Positions 1 to 11,980 of a stretch of 64,000 nucleotides of DNA are shown piece after piece. The notes beneath the pieces are model-generated. The model was given only the letters and a program-made list of their open reading frames with translations, searched no databases and was not told where the DNA came from. Within the stretch, counting starts at the first letter, position 1; each line of letters opens with the position of its first letter. This DNA is from Octopus sinensis (taxonomy: Eukaryota). The stretch lies in contig NC_043000.1 of NCBI RefSeq assembly GCF_006345805.1, forward strand, positions 45,508,001 through 45,572,000, in the 5' to 3' direction. The translations under genes and the position numbers were made by a program.

Positions 1-117
1 TTACTGAACCCTAATTATATAACGTAATGTTTTAAATATACCGTAAATGGTCTTTTTACATACTGAACACTACTTGGTAAAATTAATTAATAATTTATTA
101 ATTTTACCCTTTTATTA

Positions 118-128
118 TTGACTATATA

Positions 129-189
<61 letters not shown>

Positions 190-390
190 ATACACAGACA
201 TCTTTGTATGTGTATATATATATATATGTGTGTATACAAACACACACGCATATGTGCACACTCACATACACACATGTGCACATGCACACACACATGCAGA
301 CTCACATTCACATGCATGCATGCACACACATACACACACAGATGCACATGCATGCACATACACACACACACACACAAAGTGTGTGACAAA
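118..390. repeat. (TA)n/(CA)n/(TG)n compound microsatellite
   Basis: Directly visible dinucleotide runs; source of the YI/HT/CV-repeat ORFs in the track. Confidence 0.95.
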
Positions 391-1408
391 GGGAGAGAGA
401 CTTTTAAAATTTTGAAATCAGATTTGTTCTACATGCTTTCTGCTTGTTCCTTTACTTGCTTATTCCTCATAGTGAAGTTTTGATGATTAGAACAATCCAG
501 CGATTATCATTTCTGCTTAGCTAGGTTTACCATCATTTCTTATTTCCTTTGCTTGTGACTCATGTTGAGTCTCTCATACCTCATTGTTCTACCTAATATG
601 TAGCACAAGCTCTATTCTATCACATTTTTCCATTTCTTTTTTTTTTTTTTTTGAGGAATTCTTTTACATTATCTCAGAATATTTTTGTTACATTCTGTAA
701 TCTCCTCTTATGAGATTCTTTAGGTTCATCTGTCTTTTGCAAGAACTAGTTTTTGTTTATATGGTTCTAAGCATTATCCCGTTTTAATTTGTATAAATGT
801 ATTCTTGTATGTGCATGTAGTTTTGTGTATGAGTGTGTGTGTGTGTGTGTATATGCATTTATGTGTGTGTGCATGTGTATGTATGTGTGTGTAGGTGTGT
901 GTGTGTGTGTGCGAACAGATTGATATTCAGACAGAAAAGCTGATGGATTGTCTCATATACAAATGTGCAAATTCATCACAGCAAACACATGATCTTAAAT
1001 ACATACACATGTAAAAATCTGTTGATGGTTATGACAGTGGTTGTGTTAAAATCTGAAGCATTGATTTTTATGATGGTGGTGGTGGTGACAGAAACAGTAG
1101 TGATGATGCTGATGTTCATAAAGGTGAATGAGAAGTGAAACAGAGAGAAAGAGACAGACAGACAGACGTAGGATATGAGAGAATGAGATAATTAAAGATA
1201 CAGCGATGTCACAGCAACTCATTTCTAAGAATCTTTACATTCTCTCTGTGTATATCTCTCTACACACCATTATTCAGATCAACATCACTACCACTGTCTT
1301 TGCCTCCCATTGCTGCAATAACGATATGTACCACTGTCTCCACGGCTACCATTAGCATAAAACCAACAGTTTCTTACTATATGAGTTGTTTTACTTTGCG
1401 TTACATAC

Positions 1409-1632
1409 ATATCCAACATAGGAAGGGACACATTTACTTATATATAGATATGATTATTTTTCACCTCATTTCTACAAAACTTTTAAAGACAATTCTATTG
1501 TTCCAAAAGCTAACCCAATCTGATGATGGGTTATAGCAATCTCAGATTTATGGCTCGTGAAGTTTTCAGCTTCAATAAATTTGTGTATGCACGTGCATGC
1601 ATAAAATGCATATAAGAATATGCATATATATA
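1409..1632 (+). repeat. 224 bp direct repeat, copy 1 (copy 2 at 2035-2258)
   Basis: Aligns ungapped with 2035-2258 at offset 626, 8 mismatches counted. Confidence 0.93.
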
Positions 1633-2033
1633 GGCACAGGAGTGGCTGTGTGGTAAGTAGCTTGTTTACCAACCACATGGTTCTGGGTTCAGTCCCACTG
1701 CGTGGCACCTTGGGCAAGTGTCTTATTTGACCAAAGCCTTGTGAGTGGATTTGGTAGACGGAATCTGAAAGAAGCCCGTCGTATATGTGTGTATATATAT
1801 ATGTGTGTGCATGTATGTTTTTGTGTCTGTATTTGTCCCCCTAGCATTGCTTGACAACCAATGCTGATGTGTTTATGTCCCCGTCACTTAGCGGTTCGGC
1901 AAAAGAGACCAATTGAATAAGTACAGGGCTTACAAAGAATAAGTCCCGGGGTTGAGTTGCTCGATTAAAAAAAGGGCAGTGCTCCAGCATGGCCACAGTA
2001 AAATGACTGAAACAAGTAAAAGAGTAAAAGAGT
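1633..2033 (+). mobile_element. tRNA-derived SINE, family A
   Basis: tRNA-like head ggcacaggagtggctgtgtggtaag...ggttcagtccc (A/B boxes), internal microsatellite, tail gctccagcatggcc...aacaagtaaaagagtaaaagag; more than 10 copies in window. Confidence 0.9.
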
Positions 2034-2034
2034 A

Positions 2035-2243
2035 ATATCCAACATAGGTAGGGACACATTTACTTATATATAGATATGATTATTTTTCAACTCATTTCTA
2101 CAAAACTTTTAAAAACAATTCTATCGTTCCAAAAGCTAACCCAATCTGATGATGGGTTATAGCAATCTCAGAGTTATGGCTCGTGAAGTTTTCAGCTTCA
2201 ATAAATTTGCGTATGCATGTGCATGCATAAAATGCATATAAGA

Positions 2244-2258
<15 letters not shown>
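2035..2258 (+). repeat. 224 bp direct repeat, copy 2
   Basis: Matches 1409-1632. Confidence 0.93.
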
Positions 2259-2295
<37 letters not shown>

Positions 2296-2892
2296 ATACA
2301 TGTGTGTATGTGTGTGTTTGTATGTGTGTGCATGTGTGTATCATATATATATATGCATGTGTCTGTGATTAATTGTATGCATGAAGTATGTAGCATCAAC
2401 CATCAGTCTATGCTTATATTCAAAGAAAAGAAGAGCAGATCTGCATAGCTGTAAATGTCAAAAGCCACAGTATTACATTATAAATCTACAATGGAAGGAA
2501 TAACATTTATTTATTACACAATCTCCTTCCATTTCCCAATGTATTCAATAAATATCTCATTTGATTACTTATAACACAGTTTGTTAACAGATTCTATTTG
2601 CCTCAAAACAATTACTTTTGTGAATGTCCCAAATTAAAATCTTAACAACAGACTGCACTACTTGATGTATCGAGCACTTTATTTTGTATCAGTAAGCTTT
2701 GTTTTGGGGAAGAGCAACCACCCCCCACAACACATATATTATCTATATGATATAAGTGCGTGTATGTGTGTGCATGTGTGTATGAACACACACGCATACA
2801 CATATATATAGTCAATAAAACATATATCAGAAAAGAAGCACATTCTAAAGAATAGAGCAGTAATTATTACAACAAAAATTGAAATTTTTGAC

Positions 2893-2956
2893 ATAGAGTT
2901 CGAAAGATTTCGCATCCACAAAACCAAAGCCATGTGGACAGCTTGTCAGACTCGAT
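2893..2956 (-). ncRNA. Degenerate type-I hammerhead ribozyme motif
   Basis: Reverse complement: atcgagt CTGACAA gc-tgtccaca...tgtggat-gc GAAA tctttcga actctat; G8 mutated and U16.1 missing. Confidence 0.55.
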
Positions 2957-3117
2957 ACAAAGACATAAAATTAAAACTTTCTATGTTGCTGACATGAGGA
3001 AATGCTCAGAAATCAAGATATGTATTAACATAAAAATGTTAATGAGGACAGATTGTCTCCCTTGAACCGGTGGATAAAACAACCCTTATAGACCTGAAAA
3101 TGCCTAACCAGCAAACA

Positions 3118-4020
3118 GAGATCCAATTTTCCTGTAGGCAGCACTTAAAGTGGACATATTTTGAGAATACTACTTTACGACTATTTAACACACCAAGTTT
3201 AGTATAAGTCCTTAATAATTCTAGCTCTCTCTGCAATGTAAATTTTGCAATGGCCACTCCTGTTAATATATGGGCCTGGAGGAACTATTATTTTCCATCT
3301 AATATCACATGGGGTCCCATGATCTTTGAGGTGCCACACATGGAGAGCCAAGGATGTGACAAACCATCTTTCTGGGATTCAGAAGGATAACTGGTGATTG
3401 CAGAAGCAATGTTTGAAAGATGTACTGGCTGTTCCGATATATTTACAAACTTGGGATGTGGTTATATTCACACTCTTGGTATATCTCTGCTAGGCTCCAG
3501 ACTAAGGGATGTTGTTGGTAACACCGTTGCTGACACTGCTGATATGGTGCAATGATCCAGTGATGTTATCACCATGGTTATCACTACTGGTCATATGGTG
3601 ATGTAGCTTCTGGCATTAGTGCGGGTGTGGCTGGTGGTAATATATGGCATAGAGCCAGTAATTCCATTGGGGTCAATGATGATTGGTCATCATCTGGGAA
3701 CACCAGATACCTCTTCTGTGTCACTGGTCCTGGATTGGTCATCATCTCTAGGTGTGGTGATTGTAGTGGTGGTAACATATGATGTGAGGTTGGTCACTCT
3801 GTCTGTGTCTATGATAATGGTTTGTTCATCATCTGTGAAGCTGGTCCTGGACTGTTCATCATCTCTGGCCGTTGTGATTGTATTGGCATGAAATCTGGTT
3901 AACCTGCTAATATTGCTGTTGGATGGTACATTGCTGGTAATGTAGATAGCAGGTCTAGGTGTCACTATGGCTTCATTGATGACTCCTTCAGCCTCACATC
4001 GGCCTCCTACTGGACTAGCC
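3118..4020 (-). pseudogene. Degenerate PLE-type GIY-YIG endonuclease ORF with long T/S/D-rich insertion
   Basis: PVGGRCEAEGVINEAIVT ... KYIGTASTSFKHCFCNHQLSF*IPERWFVTSLALHVWHLKDHGTPCDIRWKII..PYINRSGHCKIYIAERARII ... (shifted) LNSRKVVFSKYVH; resembles the CPLxGxC-IYxAxV / YIG / HxxSF / LSxHIWxLK / WKI / LNxRxE..SKCxH pattern of invertebrate PLEs; contains stops and frameshifts. Confidence 0.75.
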
Positions 4021-4082
4021 ACATGCTTGAAACTCAGAGTACCAAAGTTCTGAATCAAATTGCTTTGATCTATCTATCTATG

Positions 4083-4117
<35 letters not shown>

Positions 4118-4165
4118 ATACATATATATATAAATATACGTATGTATACATATATATATATATAT

Positions 4166-4417
4166 GGCACAGGCATGGCTGTGTGGTAAGTGGCTTGCTT
4201 CCAAACTACATAGTTTTGGGTTCTGTTCCACTGCATGACCTCTTCTTACTATAGTTTCAAGCTGACCAAAGCCTTGTGAGTGGATTTGATAGATGGAGAT
4301 TGAAAGAAGCCTGTTATATATATATCTATATATGCATATTTTTGTGTATATGACTAAAACCCTTTAAGGCAATGCTCCAGCATGGCCAAAGTCAAAAGAC
4401 TGAAACAAGTAAAAGAA
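4166..4417 (+). mobile_element. SINE family A (internally deleted)
   Basis: Family A head and tail, centre missing. Confidence 0.85.
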
Positions 4418-4447
4418 AATTTTAAAAATACATTTCTTTACATTTTT

Positions 4448-4578
4448 TGTCTTTGTATAGAGTCTGATGAGCTGTCAACAAGACTTTGGCTTTGTGGACA
4501 CAAAACCTTTGGTAACTCTATGTTCAAACTGTCAAGTTTTTGTAATAATTACTGCTCTGTTCTTTAGAGTGTGCTTCT
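4448..4578 (+). mobile_element. Inverted terminal repeat (pLTR-like) of the PLE at 2790-4050
   Basis: Reverse-complement match to 2834-2965; followed by (CA)n. Confidence 0.8.
4457..4521 (+). ncRNA. Type-I hammerhead ribozyme motif with one core mutation
   Basis: atagagt CTGATGA [stem II 4471-4501] AAAA c ctttg g TA actctat; perfect 7 bp stem I, GAAA box reads AAAA. Confidence 0.65.
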
Positions 4579-4609
4579 GTACATACACACACACATACAC
4601 ACACACACA

Positions 4610-4656
<47 letters not shown>

Positions 4657-5140
4657 CTACTGACAACATTAGATTGATTTAAATTGAAAAATATTTAATA
4701 AGCAGGAACTAGTGGTCAAACTTAAGTGATATACTCTCGTTATAAAACTTAAAAGAAAGCCAAGAATAACTGACCTTAGCAAATGCTAAGATCAGCTGAT
4801 TGGAAGAAATTTCATTTCAGAGTAAAGGCAGATATGAATTGACAGTCATGACAGGTTGAATTGACAAAGTTCTGGATCATCAACCAAAGGATAAATGGTT
4901 CATTATACTTTGTCATAGATCCCTTGGCATCATTTCTACATTAAGCCACCAAAAGTCAAAATACTTATGCAGTAATACCAGGGCCATAAAGTTATAAATG
5001 AATTGCACAAACTGAGACTGTTCACTGCTGTTTGCAGTCATAGTGCTGAAAATCTGATACATGCTATATTACATTAAACAGAAGGAAACACTATTTCTTT
5101 TAAGGATCTACTGAAAACACAACTATTGAATTACGTTTTT

Positions 5141-5433
5141 GGATTTGGTTTGCAAGATTCTTTATATGAGTTCGTGTGATGAAGCATATTCTGTTGTGTC
5201 TGGGGAGAATAATTTTCTTTTTGTCCTTTATAACGTAACATACACACCGGTAAAATTTCCACTTATTTCTTATTTTTCATTTTCCTAAAATTTTCATTGC
5301 ATCTATTTTCAAGACTATTGAAAAGGTTGCAATATGCAACGAAAATTTTAGGAAAATAAAAATAAAAAATAAGTGGAAATTTTACCGGTGAGCATGTTAC
5401 ATTATAAGGCACAAAAAGAAAATGACTCTCCCC
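5141..5433. mobile_element. Fold-back of two opposed copies of an interspersed repeat (PLE terminal-repeat-like)
   Basis: Arms 5202-5302 and 5334-5433 are reverse complements; same family as 36971-37165. Confidence 0.8.
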
Positions 5434-6479
5434 AAACTACTATTCAAGTTTTATTGCTTTTATTCAAGGTTTCTTCATTTCTCTTTTGTGCTTTTTATGT
5501 GTTGGAGTTCTTTTTAATTTGTATGAAATAGTCATGTTCCTAAGTCCCCTCATTCTCGGGATGAACTTATGTTGTCAGGTATTGGTGCCTCCCTACAATA
5601 GACAGGGTCCATATAACTGATGTAAATGGAATTTGAATATTTAAACTACGGATTTATATGTAATCAGTCACACGTTTATTTTTGTTTAAGGGTTGTGTAT
5701 GCTATCTGCATTGAACTTGATTAAAAGTATTGTCCATCATTTATAACTAACTCTTTTTTTTTTTTTTGGTTGGGAATTATGTTCAGTATGTAAGAGTTAT
5801 CCACTAACTTTCTCCCCAATGGTTTCATTTTGAGTTGTGTAGTGTAATTCATTGTGTTGTGTAATGTAATTGCCCCTTGTAGGTACAGGGAGAAGTGGTG
5901 AGAGAATGTTACATTTATAGCTTATATAACAGTTAAAGTCATGAAGTTTACAATCTTCATTTTTATAAGTGAATTTAATGATCAGTTTGATCACTTATAG
6001 TTTGTTTGTGGTTTTATATAGATCTGGTTTGTTTGTATATTTATAAATTAGTGTTATAAATCTAGTCTTTCTTCATTTGGCTGATTTGACTGATGGCATA
6101 TATATCTAATCAAGAAAGTCAAACTCTAGCATTAGAGTAAATTCTAGCAGTAAAGTTATATTTGCCATGCTTATAAAGACACAGTAACACATGTCAACAA
6201 CACATCAACCTTAGGGTGAAACTATGATTGTCTAGAAATGAAGATGATGGATTTTAGAATTTAGCTATTCTCCATTGAAACTTTAGAAGCTGAACCTACA
6301 GTTCATTTAATCCTCACCACTGCTTAGTGCTGATACTATTGTGTGTGTGTGCGTGCACTCACACATATGCACAACTATATACATGCATTCATATATATAA
6401 ACGTTTACATTAAGAGTTGTAAAACTTGGAAGAAAGTACTCTGTACAAGTAATAAGTTTATGCATGTATCGCAGAATGG

Positions 6480-6905
6480 CCTGCTGTGCTTACCTTGGAT
6501 TGAAGGGTGACCTGCTGTGCTTGAGGACACCTATTGAGTCAAGTACATCAACATCAGAATAAAAAATCAAATGGAAATTGTAGTTGTGATACCTGTGCCG
6601 GTGGCATTTAAAAAGCACCATCCGAACATGGCCGAGGCCAGCGCCGCTGAGACTGGCTTCCGTGCCGATGGTACGTAAAAAGCACCAACAAATTGTGGCC
6701 ACTGCCAGCCTCTCCAGGCACCTGTGCCAGTGGCACGTAAAAAGCACCCACTACGCTCACGGAGTGGTTGGCATTAGGAAGGGCATCCAGCTGTAGAAAT
6801 ACTGCCAGATCAGGCTGGAGTCTGGTGCAGCCTCCTGGCTTCCCAGACCCCGGTCAAACCATCCAACCCATGCTAGCATGGAAAACAGACGTTAAATGAT
6901 GATGA
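6480..6905 (+). mobile_element. RTE-type LINE 3' end / RTE-tailed SINE (family D)
   Basis: Three internal gtgcc..tggcacgtaaaaagcacc repeats; tail ccatgctagcatggaaaacagacgttaaatgatgatgat; same tail follows an RTE-like C-terminus at 34365. Confidence 0.75.
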
Positions 6906-8349
6906 TCATCATGTATGAAGACACTTATTCAGTTCTATAAATACATGAGAGACTCAGTGGAGTGTTAGATACCATGGGTTTCTTGGTTTTGTTGTCTGTA
7001 TCTTGCAGACAAATTTATTCAATATTGACTTTACTCCTTTTTCCTTGCAAAGTTTATAAAATAAGTAGAAAGATCAATTCAACTGTTTATATTATAAAAG
7101 GTGGTGCCCCAGAATGGCCACAATACACAGCATGAAAATGGTAAAAATATCGTCTTTACATATACATATATGTGGCGACTCTGTCAGTTTTATTCGTCAC
7201 AAATTCTCTACACGTAAACTAAGTTTTGGAGAATGATAAAATGCCAGAATGAATAATGAGACACACCATCACCACCATGAGCACTACAAGACATGTAAAT
7301 TGTCCAAATTATTAATAGAAGAAGGCAGTTCAAATTGCAATATTTTACTTTTATCAACCACCAAATAAGGAAGAATTAAAATGCTAGAAGGATATCCTTA
7401 ACGGTTCAACAACTCATAAATTACAGGACTAACTTTAGGCTTGCTGTTACTTACACACTGTATCTTCTAAAACATTGCAGGTGAAGCACTATTTGAATGA
7501 AGTATATGATTCTCCTTACCATTACTTCGTGTGTCAAAGGCCAAAACTAGAATTGTGAATAACACATTATTTCTAGAAATAGTTCAGTTTGCTAACAAGC
7601 CAGATACATTGATTTCTTACAAACACACATGATTTCAGATTTATATGAGGTATAAACTATTCTTTCAAACACAAGGAGTTAATAATTCCTTCAGAAGAGT
7701 AGTCACTGGTGAATACAAAGTTTGGTGATAATGAAATAGTGAAGATACTATTTCACAGATCATTCCTTCTGTGATTCCACCTACTATCTTGATATACAAT
7801 ACCGATATGCATGCAATATGTGTATATTTAAGAGTGTATGTTTGTGCGTGTTTGTATATCTCTGATTGCGTGTCTGTCTAAATTTCCTAACATATACATG
7901 TTTTATATTATAATATAAAATATTGCTGCATATCAACACCATTTAGTTTAAAGTACATTTACAAGTGGTACAATATTTGATAAATAGAATTAGGAACCAA
8001 ATTCAATTAAGCAGAACTGTAGTAGAGACTAAATGTTCACACATTTATAAAATGATAAAATGATTATTTTTACAAATTAGAGATATTACAAACTATCAAC
8101 AATAGAAATCCACTTAACTTTTGCTTTTATAGTATTACATGTATAATATACATCACCTCCTTTTAACAAATCTCCTCTAAAGTAGCTGGTACCTATTTCA
8201 ATGTTTAATTAGGTGCAGTTGAACTATACAGAAGAAAATCAACTATAGATCTTCAACTGATTGTGTGATATCAAGTGGCAGAACAAGAATCAGTAACTTA
8301 TTAACCAAACATGTGGCCAAGAAAGTGGCATTTAAGAAAAATCATGTGT

Positions 8350-9090
8350 GCATTCAGTTTTATTTGAAGATTTCATACCAATAGAGAAAGAATCAGTTTC
8401 AAACCTAGATCTGAGGCTCCTTCATTGGAATTTCAACATCAACAGCAGGGCATTTTTGTTTCTATGTATGAATGTATCATCATCATCATCATCATCATCA
8501 TCGTTTAACGTCCATTTTCCATGCTAGCATGGGCTGGGCGGTTTGACCAGGGTCTGGGAAGCCAGGAGGCTGCGCCAGTCTCCAGTCTGATCTGGCAGTG
8601 TTTCTACAGCTGGATACCCTTCTTAACGCCAACCACTCCATGAGTGTAGTGGGTGCGTTTAACGTGCCGCTGGCACATGTGCCAGATGTATGTAAGTATG
8701 TATATATGTATGTATGCATGTATGCATGTATGTGTGTGTATGTATGTATGTATGCATATGTGCAGGTTTGTATGTTTTGTTTTATGTATGTATTCTCATG
8801 CATATAGTTGCATATCTAGACATTCTCATATATATTTAAACAATAAACTTCTGGAAAGTTTTACAGACTTTTACAGTTCCAGTGATGGACTGGACCTGTA
8901 GTCTTCGAATTAGCTTTCTCCTTTTTGGTTTTGAGAAGCCTAATTTCTCCCAATTGGTATTTAAACAGTGTGTTACATATACCACAGCCCCAATAGCTAC
9001 AGGTATAAACCTGAACATCTAATCTGGATAGAGTAACTGCAGATTTCTCAATAGTTCAGCGTAGGTAATCTCTTTTTCACTGATCTGCAA
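8350..9090 (-). mobile_element. R4/Dong-type (RLE) LINE 3' fragment, interrupted by a family D insertion
   Basis: 8836-9090 translates LQISEKEITYAELLRNLQLLYPD*MFRFIPVAIGAVVYVTHCLNTNWEKLGFSKPKRRKLIRRLQVQSITGTVKVCKTFQKFIV*, the typical end of a restriction-like endonuclease; 3' UTR with aataaa at about 8360. Confidence 0.75.
8478..8686 (-). mobile_element. Family D (RTE-like) tail with (GAT)n
   Basis: Reverse complement of the 6730-6905 tail. Confidence 0.8.
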
Positions 9091-9213
9091 TGTATGTCTG
9101 TATGTATGTACATACGTATATGTGTATGTATGTGTGTATGTATGTACGTATGTATGTATATGTGTATGTATGTGTGTATTTGTATTTATGTGTGTGTATG
9201 TATGTATGTATGT

Positions 9214-9480
9214 CATTGTTCAGTTTTATTTCAAGATTTCTTGTCAATAGAGAAAGAACTCGTTTCCCATCTAGACCCAAGGCTCCTTCAATGGAATTTC
9301 AACATCAACAACAGGGTACTTTTGTTTGCTTGTTTGTATGTATGTATGTATGTATGTATTATGTATGCGTGCAAATTTGTGTTTTGCTTTATGTATGTAT
9401 TCTCATGCATATCTAGACATGCTCATATATATTTAAATGCCAAACTTCTGGAAAGTTTTACAGATTTTTAAAGTTCCAGT
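9214..9480 (-). mobile_element. Second R4/Dong-type LINE 3' end
   Basis: Last codons TGTLKICKTFQKFGI* plus the same 3' UTR as 8350-8475; ends in (ACAT)n. Confidence 0.75.
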
Positions 9481-9963
9481 GAGGGTATGTATGTATGTAT
9501 CTATCTATCTATCTACACATGTATGTATGTATGTATGTATGTATGTATCTATGTATGTATCTATGTACATAAATGTATGTATACATGTATGCAAAAAAAT
9601 TTATATTACAAGAAGATGGAATGAACAGGCTTGAATTCAACTCATTGCAAATGTTTCTTTTCATTAGTGTCAGCTGGTAATTGCTCAGTCTTTTACATAT
9701 TATACACATTCTTGCATAAATATGATCTAACAATAACTGTGCACCTGCACATCTCCAGGTGAGTGAGTTCGAGAGCATTGCCATATCATCTCTAGTTTCC
9801 TATTACTTTATACTCATATTTTAGCATAGATTTCCACATGTGCAACTAGTAAAAGAAGAATTCTTGCAGTATGATAGCATATCGTAGCCAATATCTGTGG
9901 ATAAACTTTGGAAAGTATGCTATAAGGTATGATATTAAATTATATGTATCTTTTAACTTCTAT

Positions 9964-10194
9964 CTTTTACATGTTTCAGTCACTAGACCGCAGCCATGCT
10001 GGGGTACGGCCTTGAAAAATTTTAGTCATGCAGACCAACCCGAGTCTTTATTTTCATTTTTAAGGCTGGAACTTATTGTATCAATCTCTTTTGCTGATCC
10101 ACTAAGTTACAGAAATGTAAGTAAACCAACACCAGTTGTTAAGCAGGGGTGGTGATGGTGGTGGTGGTTGTTGGGGAAACACAGACACATAGAC
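9964..10194 (-). mobile_element. SINE family A, 3' half
   Basis: Matches the family A tail in reverse. Confidence 0.75.
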
Positions 10195-11027
10195 GTAGCA
10201 CTTTATAGGTACAAAGCCAATAGTCACTCTAACTGGCCATAACAGTTAACTTTCTAAAACATTTATAAAATGTAAATTATTGGCAAAAACAAAACTAAAA
10301 TAAAGACCAAATAAGCTATTTTGTTTTGCTCATCAAATGACTAAAATAACGAAATTCATTTCTTTTATTCATATGAGGGGAGGTATCCTCTTAAATGGCT
10401 CTATATTAGTTAAGCCACAGCATATTCCAATTCTAGAAAGTTGTCAAGTTGCTGATTTTGTCCCTGTTGGATAACTTGGTTCTCTTCCATTTCTCACTTG
10501 TTATTAAAAATTGTTATTTCAAAATTTTGTCTTCTTCATAATATTTACTCAGATAAAAATATTTCATCAATAATATAAACAATTACAAGCCAATATGCTA
10601 GTTCTAAAATCTCTTGAAGTGATTGACACAGTAGTTGTACTGACATGTAATATTCATAGCCACTTTATAAGGGCTGTCCCTTGGAGTAGACTTTACTGTA
10701 GTGTTTTTAATCCCAAGAGGACATCTCCTCTAACTGGTTAACAATGCACAGCTGCATCTGATAAAATTACAAGCAGTGGAGTGAACCCCTACCATCTAGC
10801 TATGGGACCAGTATTTTGTTAAAAAATATTCATTAGGGACAAGATCAGTATTAATACCAAGAAGTAATATTTATAACCGCTTGAATGTGGATGTCCTGTA
10901 AGAACATGTTATACTGCAGTAGTTACTATGAGAAAAACTATCATATTGCCTTTTGGTGGAAAATGTGCTCTTGTTTATAGTAATCTAAACAAAAGTGGAT
11001 TTTACATCAAAAGTAACTCCTGCAGTA

Positions 11028-11246
11028 TATGAGGGCATACTGAAATGTTCCTGACTTTAAGGGTATTGTGAAAGTCCTGGTTTGAGGCCCAACCTTCTGA
11101 GTTATTTTACAGGGCTTAGAAAAACTGAAGGACTGCAGTGATAAATATGTGAATCTGAGAGGGGAACAAGCTGAAAAGAATCATAATTAACTGATCCTCC
11201 TGTATTTTCTTCTACCCAAAGCTACAGAACTGCAACACTCCATCGT
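11028..11246 (+). mobile_element. Mariner-derived MITE
   Basis: Degenerate terminal inverted repeats tatgagggcatactgaaatgttcctg / cagaactgcaacactccatcgt; internal LQGLEKLKDCSDKYVNLRGE resembles a mariner C-terminus; paralogue at 18480. Confidence 0.7.
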
Positions 11247-11947
11247 GGTTTGCTCTAACAGAACACTCATGTTTAAGTAGGAATAAAAATTATATTTTGG
11301 TTCCACTACAAGACACTGAGCATCATATAAACTGAACTTTTTTTATTTAGTTATTTCACCATTTTATATGTAGCAGTAAAATTTGATTGTATTTTTTCGG
11401 TATTTATTCATGTATTAATTTGTTCTACCTAAATATTTTTACTTTATTGAACACGTTTTCTTTTTGTGCTACCACACACATTTAAAAAAAAACTTTCTTC
11501 ACTTTCTTTCTTACAGACAAACACTTCTCTCTATGTAAGAATTTTAAGAGTATTTCTATTTTCTGTGGGAATTTTATTTGCAATGTCTATTAACAACTAC
11601 CTCATGGATAACATCAGATTTGACTTATTATTCATAAACTTTTTGAAATCAACAGGCTGCTATCCATTAACTAGGTAAGAGTGTGATTTCCTGTTAAATT
11701 ATTAAGTAATACAAATAAAAACATATCTTTATGTTGGACTAAGTTTCTTTTATAATGAATTGAATTAGACATTTCCCTCTACATGTATATGTGTAAATAT
11801 GTATGTGTTTGTGTATGCATTAACATATAAATACTTATACACCTATATGTGTGTATTTATATATGTGTACACACACACACACACACACACACACGTGCAT
11901 CCACATATATATATGTATATTTATATATGTATATATATACATGTATA

Positions 11948-11980
<33 letters not shown>

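Larger units (their letters stand above)
2790..4050 (-). mobile_element. 5'-truncated Penelope-like element (GIY-YIG endonuclease relic, 3' UTR and terminal repeat)
   Basis: Minus-strand translation gives PLE endonuclease motifs (see next feature); 2834-2965 is the reverse complement of 4448-4578 and carries a hammerhead-like motif. Confidence 0.75.

Noticed and set aside
87-483. ORFs of 79-121 aa with YI/HT/CV repeats (and similar ones at 8498, 9090, 11799, 25433, 37129, 43703, 51439)
   Set aside because: They are translations of dinucleotide and tetranucleotide microsatellites, which lack stops in several frames.
1515-1545. CTGATGA within a small stem (snoRNA C box or hammerhead)
   Set aside because: There is no downstream GAAA with a stem II and no paired D box or guide.
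5440-6070. Possible N-terminal PLE ORF relic next to the 5141 fold-back
   Set aside because: There are multiple stops in all frames and no motif I could name with confidence.
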